Shown: in pieces, positions 11,864 to 21,011 of the stretch
Layout of the letters: every line of letters begins with the position of its first letter
Position numbering within the stretch: position 1 is the stretch's first letter
NCBI GenBank assembly: GCA_963924565.1
Contig: OZ004610.1
Location: forward strand, 6,820,001-6,884,000
Source: Ascidiella aspersa
Taxonomy: Eukaryota
Reading direction: 5' to 3'
DNA: 64,000 nucleotides
The notes under the pieces: generated by a model
What the model was told of the DNA's origin: nothing
Database searches by the model: none
What the model saw: the letters and a program-made list of their open reading frames with translations, nothing else
Position numbers and translations under genes: made by a program

Positions 11864-12303
11864 TTGTAGGTGCCGTCCGGGTTGTTGACTTTTCCGATCA
11901 GGACAATGTGGTCATTCACGTCCACGTCGCGCCCGACCGTGGTCCTGTACTTGGGCTTCTTGAAGCTCACACCGCTCTTCTTGCGTCCCTTGATCTTGCT
12001 CTTCCACGAGAAACTTCCTTTGCCGAGACTGTCCTCTTTTCCGCTTTCCCCGCCCTCCAAACCACTCGCTCTCCCTTCACCAAAGGCGCTGTTCTGAGAA
12101 ACCTGGTTATTGTTGTTCCATGCTTCTCCAGGACCTTGAAATGCTCCTGGACCTTGAAATCCTCCAGGAACCTGATTTCCCCCAGGACCTTGAAGTCCTC
12201 CATGACCTTGATTTCCTCCTGGACCTTGATTTCCTCCAGGACCTTGAAGTCTCTCTGCGCCTTCGTGCAGTTCGGAAGTGCCTTGTTTCCATATGGAGTT
12301 GTT
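11864..12303 (-). CDS. Giant uncharacterised protein, exon 5 (QGPGG hexapeptide repeats)
   Basis: Acceptor ccatcgcag, donor AA|GTAATT, 440 nt, phase 0 to 2. Translates without stops as NNSIWKQG...LQGPGGNQGPGG...NPDGTYK. Confidence 0.75.
12127..12249 (-). repeat. Coding 18-bp tandem repeat x7 (xQGPGG)
   Basis: Repeated TCCTCC(A/T)GGACCTTGA(A/T) units on the plus strand. Confidence 0.9.
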
Positions 12304-12917
12304 CTGCGATGGGTGGTATATATATCTATGCGTATAATAAACAGCTAACGCCTTACATAAAGGGTCGATATAGATCTATATAAACAATTTTACCGTTATG
12401 AAAAAGCTTTATTCAAGACGCAGTTTTTTTGGAAGAGGATAAGGGACAAGGGTGATATTTGTAGATATATAGCCTTAAGAACAAAAGAGCTGTAGCATCG
12501 TCTCGTCTTTTAATTTTTTAAATCTCAACAAACTGAAAAAAAATATTCAAACTGCGTAAAATCATCGCATTGAGTGCAGGGTTCACCAAATTACTCGAAA
12601 GACAGCTGGTTGTAAGTAGCGAACAGGCTTTTTATTAAAATAATAAACGTTTGGTGCATGAAAACTAAGGATAAGGAACACAGTTAAAGCGTCGATTTAG
12701 GAAAATTGATATTTTTGCGCTAGCGCGGTTTCTCAAAAAAGCAAAAATTTGACTTCTTTTATGTGAAAAAAATAAAATTTAAACTCTTTTCTGTAAAAAA
12801 AAATTGAATTTTTTTTCATGAGTTTTATGAGGTTATGGGATAAGATCTGATCCTAATCAGGGCTCGGTTTTACTAAACAAGCAAACAAGGCTGGTACAAA
12901 AAAATACAAAAACTAAC

Positions 12918-13045
12918 CTTGGTCAGGTTTTGCTCGCTTGATGCTCCCAGTGGTCCGACGCGCGACGGTCTCCTGCCAAACTCAGATTTTCTGCCAAAGT
13001 CTAACTTGTTATCCGAAGGTACCGCCCTGGTGTGCCACGATCGAA
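12918..13045 (-). CDS. Giant uncharacterised protein, exon 4 (VRSWHTRAV...NLTK)
   Basis: Acceptor cctcatttttcag, donor AAG|GTTAGT, 128 nt, phase 1 to 0. Confidence 0.75.
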
Positions 13046-13245
13046 CTGAAAAATGAGGCCAATTAAACACGTTCGCTTTTTCAAGACGCTATTAGACTGC
13101 AATGCATTCCCTATTGCTATAAAAGTGATGGACTCGAACAAAATAAAACTCGTTATTCATTGGCCACCCAAAACTTGTCCTGCAATCGATTACCTAAATG
13201 TTGCGAACGATTCGATAAATTCAGCATAAATCTGTTTTCCTTCTA

Positions 13246-13606
13246 CAGGGTTGCAAAGTCGGTTAAAAATACCCCGAGTCCGAGTCCGGCCAAATGTGCG
13301 ATTTTGTCGAGTCGCGAGTCTGGCTCCGACTCTGCCACCTGTATTCCGCCAATTTACGAAACCAAAATAAGGTAAATATTAAAAAAGAAGTTGATATTTT
13401 AATACATGGTTGGAAAATTTCACACAACATATGCTATTCCACCGGAACAATTCACAGTCTTTGTAATTAGTTTCGAAATTGGGGACTGCGCAATTGCACG
13501 TCAGACTCGGGACTCGGTTCTAGTCTTAGTCGAGTCCCGAGTCCGACTCCAGCAAAACAAACCGGCTCCGTCGAGTCTCAAGTCCAACTCCGACTACGCA
13601 GCCCTG
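13246..13606. mobile_element. hAT-type MITE with GAGTCC/GGACTC subterminal repeats
   Basis: TIRs CAGGGTTGCAAAGTCGG / CCGACTACGCAGCCCTG; degenerate TSD TCCTTCTA/TCCTACTG; related decayed copy at about 23751-24128. Confidence 0.75.
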
Positions 13607-13621
13607 TCCTACTGCCACTGC

Positions 13622-13887
13622 CAGGCCCGGATTAAGGGTACTGTAGGCCTAAGGCTGTTTACTAGAGAAGGGCCTAACTTTGAAAACCAAGGTTAAAAAA
13701 AAACGGACACACAAGGCACATATTGACTCGACTCAGTCATTCGTTTTTAAGCAAAAGTGTACTGTACTGTACTGGATCTGTATCACTATAAGCATTATAA
13801 AAATTTAACCTTAAAAAAAATTAAGAGCCGAATTTTTCCAGGGCCTAAGGCTATAGTCCTAGTAGCCTAATAGTTAATCCGGCACTG
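13622..13887. mobile_element. hAT-type MITE family A, copy 2
   Basis: TIRs CAGGCCCGGATTAAG / TTAATCCGGCACTG; internal sequence colinear with 3573-3844. Confidence 0.88.
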
Positions 13888-13930
13888 CCTGCTGCACTAA
13901 CCCACGTTAGCCATGTCCTACTGTACTGAC

Positions 13931-14139
13931 CCAAGTTCGGCTTGTCCTCCGGCCCGCCCAGCACCCCGGCGTGTTCGCTCTTCCTATTGTGCTTCAGGGT
14001 GGGCGCCAGGATGTGCTTGAGATTGCCGAACTTTTGTCTCTTTCTCAAGGTGGCCAGCGCCGACTCGGAGTGCCTCTGTGGAGTTCCCTTCTTGTTTGGT
14101 GGCAGATCGACCTCTTTCACTCCAATTGGGAGCTGGAGG
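13931..14139 (-). CDS. Giant uncharacterised protein, exon 3 (NLQLPIGVKEVDLPP...KPNL)
   Basis: Acceptor aaacag, donor G|GTCAGT, 209 nt, phase 2 to 1; GC-rich island in AT-rich flanks. Confidence 0.7.
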
Positions 14140-14852
14140 CTGTTTTTTTAAATTATGCGCGGTGCGTTAGAGCAAATGGTGTCTGATTCTATCGCAGACT
14201 TGTATTTCTATTTATTAAAATTTATGACTTTGGTTGAAGTTGTTTTGCAAAACATTTGACTCGAAACGAGACTTGGAAACTAGATTTATTTTAGCTTTTT
14301 AAAATTAAAATTGTGGCGAATCTGGTGGTGTTCGTTCATGTGTAGCGAAGCGTGAATTTGCATTTTTCGTATTGCGCTGCTGTACGTTTATAATCGTGTT
14401 GCGCTAACCCCCTAACTCCATCATATTATGTCGCAACAACTTAACAAAGCAACAGCCGCTTTAGGGTAGTGGTTTAGAAATAAAAATAATTCCTCGTTAT
14501 AGTGAGGACAGGCTTGTGAGGACAGGCTTGCACGCAACTATCTTGCGTGCTATAGTTCTGACTTCACATCTGCAATTTACCAGAAAATGCAAGTTTATCT
14601 AATAGACGATTTTCAATCTCCCAATCCTAAAGAGATCATTTTATCTATATCTATACGAGCTTTATATGAGTACGACGTAATTGCATTTGCCTGGTCGTTT
14701 ACAAATGCACCTCGTGAAATTCAAACGGTTAGCCAACTTAAGCAACGGATCTATACAACCCGAAACTTTTCCAAATTTTTAAAAGCAAGATGAGCGTCGT
14801 AATTTCCGACAATTGCCAACCAACCAGCGTGACAAAAACAGCACAGACTTAC

Positions 14853-15093
14853 TTGAATTGATTCTTGAAGTTCTCGGCGGCAAATTCTCCCAGTCCGGTC
14901 GTGGAGGTGGCGACTGCCGTGCTGCGCTGAAGCTTCTTGCAAGGCTGCTTCGTCGCCTTCTTGTGCTGGCAAACCTCGGGCAGGCTGGATCGGTTACTGT
15001 CTTGGCGGAACGCACCTTTCCTAACGATGCCCGAAACGGTCGGAACCGACTTCCAGTTGTTTTGCCGCGCGTTATCGAACAAGGTACGCTTAT
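14853..15093 (-). CDS. Giant uncharacterised protein, exon 2 (DKRTLFDNARQNNWK...NFKNQF)
   Basis: Acceptor ttcgtttttag, donor AA|GTAAGT, 241 nt, phase 1 to 2, open frame. Confidence 0.75.
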
Positions 15094-15886
15094 CTAAAAA
15101 CGAACCAGCGGAGAGCAATTATTTTTCAGACTGTTGTCAAACTTAAAATACAATCATTCGATGTGATACCCAGGGTGGTGATTTTTTTTCTAAAAATGGC
15201 ATCATTAATCTCTTGGTTAGCCAAGAGTGTTGTTGACCTGCCCCCACCCACTGCCCTCGTGACATATTTATTTTAAACAAGAAGCTGGCCTAAATGTTGA
15301 ACACCCATATCGAAGGGGCTACCACTAAAGAAAGGTTGAGAACCACCGGTATAAAGATTGAATGTTAAAGTCTACAATTATAAAACATTGCTGCGTTTTT
15401 CTTTTTAGCATAACGGCTGAATCCTTGGACATTACAAAGAAGATTTAGAAAATGGTAAACAATATTTAACAAAAAATTTTGCCAAACCATATATTAAAAT
15501 GGAATATTTTAACGGACTAAAGCAATGCGTTGTGATTTGTGACAGCCACTGGCGCATAATTTTAAATAATCCTTATCTATTGGTGACGTCATACCCTTAA
15601 AACAATTGTAGGGTAGAAACTGAACTAAACAATTCTCAATAATTTAGAATAAATATCAAAGTACATACAGAAGTAGGTGGTTTTTGTAATCGTTTGAGAT
15701 AAATCTTTTTATTCGTCTTCAACATATGTGATTAAAAATTAAGTCAAAACTTTCATAAAGTGCAACCTTTTTCCGTAAAGGCTTCGATAATTTTTTTTAC
15801 GTCTAACTAAAATCTTTATCTAACCCGCCAAAATGGCTATTTTTTGTTTTTTTTAGCCTAGAGTTACTCAATCGAAAGTAGCCCAC

Positions 15887-16712
15887 CTGAGTATAGTGTT
15901 GAACCAGCATTGATTTGACTCGTGTCGGCGCTAGAGACACCTTTTTTAGTTTTTATTTCCTTATCTGGATGCTTACTGGAGCTAGGGTTCGTACCTGATT
16001 TGCTGTCGGCAGTTTTCTTTCCACAAGACGCAGACTGAGCTGCATGGGTGTGGCTAGAAACATTTTTCCCAGCACTTTCGTCGATACTTGTAATTTCACA
16101 TTGTTGAACATTGCTTTTCTTTCGAGAAAGCCGAGAGTGCTGTTCAGCCGCTGCCCTAGATGCGTCCAAACCGGCACTTCTATGGCTGCCAAAGATTCCC
16201 GAAAGCTGCAGTAAACTTGCGTCCATGGCAGATTTGCTGAGCATTGCGGAAAGCTGAGACCGCGACTTTTCAACATGTTGGTCAGAGTTGGGGTCCGTGC
16301 CCAGTCTCCCTGGGCTACCTTTTTGTCCATGAAAACGAGAATGTGATGCGCCCGGGACCCTTGAAACTGATTTTGCGATACTGCTTAAGTCGCCGGTGTA
16401 TCCGCTGTGTTCTCCAGCTGTGGCAAGTGAAGACGCCTTTCCAGCACTGCTACCAGCAACTGATTTGGCCACCGAAGCTTTCGGCGCGAAATTAACTCGC
16501 GCTTGATAGCGTTCAGCAAAGTCGCGCGCCTTTCTGGCCTTGCGTTTTCTGCTGGCCGACCTGGGCGTCAAGTGAGCCAGTCCGGAATAAGATGACGACG
16601 ATGAAGAGTGGACGACATCGAGAAATGCTGACGAGCGCCTTCTGTGCGTTTTACGGCGGAACGGCAGGCTCTTCCCGCTTTTTCCCGCCGTCTTTTTACC
16701 GCCTTCTGGCAT
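15887..16712 (-). CDS. Giant uncharacterised low-complexity protein, coding exon 1 (MPEGGKKTAGK..., basic, Ser/Ala-rich, RVNF motif)
   Basis: ATG at 16712 opens a 282-aa ORF. Donor CAG|GTGGGC after 15887 (phase 1) is the one that fits the next exon; the alternative GA|GTAACT at 15868 gives an immediate stop. Confidence 0.7.
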
Positions 16713-18262
16713 TTTCCTACGCTACGGTTTCATAATATTCTTCTATCTAAGTAGTTTATAACTTTTTTTTACCTAAAATATAATTTTTTTTGTACAACAA
16801 CAATGGAAGTTTGTTACACAACAATGCGCTTACTTATGGTTTTGCTTCATTGATTTCCATGCGTGTCAATTACAAATCAGCTGATTTACTAACTTGACTT
16901 AACAGCTTAAAATGTTTGTTGTTATGTTTTATTTTTAGTACACATTGCTGTCTTGAGTTTGGACGCTGTGAAAGTTTTAGTATAAATTCAAAAATGGGCG
17001 CTGGTCTAGAATCCTACCACATTTATTTTAACAGTAAGGAAACAAGGTGTCAAAGTTGAAATTGCAAGGAAGCCATAAATATCTAGAAATAAATAAAATA
17101 ATTAGAGTTGGACCGCCCATACGGGCCATACCCAAATGCTAACTCCATCCCATACCCAAATATTGTTAGCAATACAAAATCCTTGGATGAAAATTAGTAG
17201 GATTCCAGACCAGCTCCCCAAAAAAGACTGGTCAGTCTAAATCAGAAATACATTCGACTTAACACTTATGAGTCATTTGTTAAAATACTTGTAACGTCCT
17301 AAAACTTGACTGAAATATTGCAATAATTTTTATGTTCCAAAACTGTTCACATATATTACAGTATATTTAGTTTTATTGGGTCCTTGGTCTTAAAACAATG
17401 GGATTTTAGATCATTTTGCTTCAAAGGTCTTATTGTGTGTTACCATTTGGAGCTATAGCTTAAAATAGGGCGCAGATTGGCCTGTTTTATAGGCGGTGCA
17501 CATCCATGATCATTTAAAACAGTTTATGTTCATATCTAAATTATTAAAAGCAAAACCTTAATTAAAAAAATATAGGAGGTTTTTAGGTTGTGTGGGTCGT
17601 GTCATGGTAGGATTCTATACCTCTTTTGTGGATAAAACCTTTATGTCGAATCTGAAAACTGTACGCCGAGATCACTGCTAAAACTGTTAAGAAATGTAGA
17701 TGGGCACTTGCACTCTACAAGTGCCTTGTTTTGTTTTTGTGGTCAGCAAACTGTGGGATGCGAGTTTCTTATTGAAATTTTTTTAGTGGGCCGCGAGTTA
17801 CTTTTTTGAAGGTATGTAAACACATAATTTTTTGCGCTTCACACGGATATTTTTCGTTTTATGATATGTTTTACATTATGCCATGGCAGTGTTTTGGGAA
17901 TCAAGGCGCATCTTAAAAACAAATACCCTGAATCCGCCACTGTTTTCGTAGTACTTTTATGTAGTGGGTCTCAATAGCTCTGAAAAGAGTGCTTTGGGCC
18001 ATGACAAAAAAAATTGCCGACTACTGATCTTATCAATGCAGGCTAAAAAAATCCAATCAACTTGTTTGTTTTTCTACAGCTTGACTTGTTATGCACTAAA
18101 AATTGTTTTAAATATTGCTGTAGTATTTTCTGTTGACACCTTTTACTAAATAACTCATTTTACGGTTTGCCCAAACTTTGCCTTTTACCAGACTTTATTT
18201 TGCTAGGTTTTGTTCAAAAAACAAGCTTGATAGTAAGATTGGCAACAAGCATAAATACCACA
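16713..18262. promoter_or_regulatory. Head-to-head intergenic region / probable bidirectional promoter (giant gene and COG5)
   Basis: Divergent start codons 1.55 kb apart; TSSs are not visible from sequence alone. Confidence 0.5.
16996..17218. mobile_element. MITE-like inverted-repeat element in the divergent promoter region
   Basis: About 22-bp inverted repeats GGGCGCTGGTCTAGAATCCTAC / GTAGGATTCCAGACCAGCTCCC. Confidence 0.6.
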
Positions 18263-18308
18263 ATGACAACCAATACTGATGATGTGTTAAGCACATTTGC
18301 GTCTAATG
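18263..18308 (+). CDS. COG5: COG5 coding exon 1 (MTTNTDDVLSTFASN)
   Basis: ATG at 18263, donor G|GTAAAT, phase 1 fits exon 2; upstream acceptor-like ttttgctag at 18205-18206. Confidence 0.65.
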
Positions 18309-18498
18309 GTAAATTTTTAATTAATCATCTCAATTTATCCTATCTAAAAATTTAACTATGTAGAGTTATAGTAGTAACCATAAGACCTCTTTAGATTTTT
18401 CTTAAGGTTCCAGATACCAGGCAATGCAATTTTGTACAAGTATATACTAACTCTTAACTTTAAGGTTGTTACTTATATTTATAAATAGATGTATATAG

Positions 18499-18859
18499 TA
18501 GAGATAGACCGATATAAAAGTTTACCGATAACATCAGCCGAAAATTATCTTCTACCGATATATCGGTATAGGTAATTGTAGACCGATTCTTTGGCCGATA
18601 TTTTAGTATGAAAATATGATATAATTTTTCCTGTACAACAAACAACTTACATATTTTTTAATCAAAAAAATTTGCGATTTGGCATCACGCCAAGGTAATA
18701 TGCAAAATAATAGTTTAAACTAAAACGTTATTTGGATTTTGTTTTCAATTAATTTAATTTTTTTTGAATATAGTGTATAAAAAAATCGGTCACGGTTTGG
18801 TTGAAAAAATTGTAAAAAATTTGGTATCGGTCCAAAAAAGCGATATCGGTTGATCTCTA
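18499..18859. mobile_element. hAT MITE in COG5 intron 1
   Basis: TIRs TAGAGATAGACCGATAT / ATATCGGTTGATCTCTA; perfect TSD GTATATAG; CCGATA subterminal repeats. Confidence 0.88.
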
Positions 18860-19112
18860 GTATATAGTATATATCTAACTTTGGTTTCTATCAAATACTA
18901 GGATTCCAGTTGCCATAATCTTTTATTTAGTTGTCAGTAAATAGCTTTTATACATACATGCAATATATTGGTTTGATACGCATCATAAAATCACAATTAG
19001 ATATTATCAATCAATCAAGATTCTGCATAAAGTGTTTCTTCTACATAATAGAAGCAAAAATCACATCCTTTTCAACTCTTAAATAAAACTAGTATATATC
19101 TAGCAGAAATTT

Positions 19113-19143
<31 letters not shown>

Positions 19144-19174
19144 TGAAACTATATGGCAACTTTTACTTTGTCAG

Positions 19175-19314
19175 AAACTCTGTCGGATTTTTTGGACGAC
19201 GACTTTGAAGTTCAAGATTATGCAACTAGTGTCATCCAGAATGCAGCAATCTCGCATAGACTTGCACAACTAGTGGATGGCATCAGTATGCTGGATAAAG
19301 AACTGCAATCACAG
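19175..19314 (+). CDS. COG5: COG5 exon 2 (ETLSDFLDDDFEVQDY...LDKELQSQ)
   Basis: Matches the COG5 N-terminal pattern (DFDV..Y...L..GIS.LD.EL..Q); AG/GT boundaries; 140 nt. Confidence 0.93.
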
Positions 19315-19785
19315 GTTTGTTGCAAATATTTATATTCATACAAGTGATTTAATCTATGTTTGTACTGTTTGTGAATCGGATATAAATTCTTTTGTGCTAA
19401 AAATTAATCGCTACTAAGTCTTCAAAATTCGTTAAAAATTATGTTATAAACTGACATGCTGCAGAGGAAATGTACTAATTTGTCAAAATTAGTTCTATAA
19501 AATATTACCCCTGTGCATGACTTCAGATGTATGCAAAGGGCTTCATATATAAGCGTAAATGCTGTTAACTTGTTAAAATTATTATTTAAATTTATATAAT
19601 TTTATTTTCCCTAAACAATTAAGTAAGATAGAAGCTTATTGTTGCAGATTACAAAGGTATGTCCATCTACTACATTTAAAATATTTTGCATTTTTGTTTC
19701 TTGCTTTTCTATTAAAACATTTTCATACAATTAGTTTGTCAAACAGATTTTATGTACAGCTTTCTTAACGATTGGACTGTTTTAG

Positions 19786-19898
19786 ATTGCTGAAAGGCAC
19801 GAGGATTTGCTTGCCCAAGCAACTGGAATTGAATCTCTGGAAGGAGTCTTAACCATGATGCAGTCAAGAATTAGCTCTCTTCAATCTGCTGTGGACAG
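19786..19898 (+). CDS. COG5: COG5 exon 3 ([38 protein letters not shown])
   Basis: Near-identical to vertebrate [26 protein letters not shown]; 113 nt; missing from the ORF track. Confidence 0.96.
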
Positions 19899-20567
19899 GT
19901 GTGTGACTCTATGTCAGTGATTTTTAACCTGCGGAACACTAGGGTTTAGTGAAAGATTGTCAGCTGTGCTGCCAAAAATTTATTAATTTTATAAATGTTC
20001 CATAATACACACCAGCGCTTGAGAATCACTGGTATACCACAATGAATTGAAGCAGATTTTATTTTATGAAAGTAGTTATCCACTATCACCAGTTTGCATT
20101 TTCCATTGTGATTTGCCTAATTTATTGCTATAATGTAAAAATTGGACCTTTTGCGTAATAATAGGATTGCAATACAGCCCGAATATTAATTTAGTGCTTA
20201 TCTAAACTGGCCCAGCTGTTGCACTACAAAACACAGAAATGAATAAATTATTGTGTTGTTTGTTGTAATGTATTATTATAAACTTTTGTTGGCGTTCTGT
20301 TTTTTTAACTTTAAAAGGTTGAAAAACCACTGCATAGCACTAAATTTAGCTTATTGTAAAACTTTTTAATGAATAGCAACTCGATGTTACAATAAAATTT
20401 TATTTTATTACAATAAAATTTTATTTTATAGATTGTACTATTGATAAATGTGTAACAATATTTTCTAATCCATAAATAGTAAATACAAATATATATATAA
20501 TTATAATATATATATAGCTAAGTATGCACTATTTATTATTATTTTAATTGAATTGTGTTTTCTTAAG

Positions 20568-20637
20568 AATTCGAAGCAAAGTCGGAGAACCGTATCAGAA
20601 AATCAAGGCAAGAACTATTCAGCTTGGTCGACTGCAG
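20568..20637 (+). CDS. COG5: COG5 exon 4 (IRSKVGEPYQKIKARTIQLGRLQ)
   Basis: Matches [23 protein letters not shown]; 70 nt, phase 2 to 0. Confidence 0.95.
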
Positions 20638-20890
20638 GTTGGTTTGACTAACTTGCGATTGTAGAAATATGCTTCATTCGACATTGTAAAATGTAAAGAA
20701 TTTCGAGATCATTCTTATAATACTTGAATCTGCAGTGTAGTTTTTGTACCTCTTCTATACTAGTGATTCTCAACCTTTGCTGTCTGCGAATCGCTTAGTG
20801 ACTTTTTACTGACACAACTCGTTAGGTCAAGTGTACCTAAAAATCATCACTCTGTAAACATAAAATTTAATAAAAATACGCGCTCGACAG

Positions 20891-21011
20891 GCGACATGCG
20901 ACCTTCTTCGTCGAATCATAAGAATCCAGCGTCTAACGAAGCGACTGCACAGTCAGCTGCAAGGTGGCGTGAGAGAGATCACCAAGGCTGCACAGAGCTT
21001 GAGCGAATTGG
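20891..21011 (+). CDS. COG5: COG5 exon 5 ([40 protein letters not shown])
   Basis: Matches [33 protein letters not shown]; 121 nt; donor G|GTGAGT. Confidence 0.96.

Noticed and set aside
12107-12383. 18-bp repeat as a CRISPR array, or the alternative-frame ORFs (SRSWRK / DFKVL repeats) as real proteins
   Set aside because: No unique spacers and a eukaryotic context; only the QGPGG frame fits both flanking splice phases.
19153-19174. ATG 19153 as the COG5 start
   Set aside because: It lies in the pyrimidine tract before a good acceptor (tttgtcag), and the 140-nt exon size and phase favour an upstream exon. It cannot be fully excluded.
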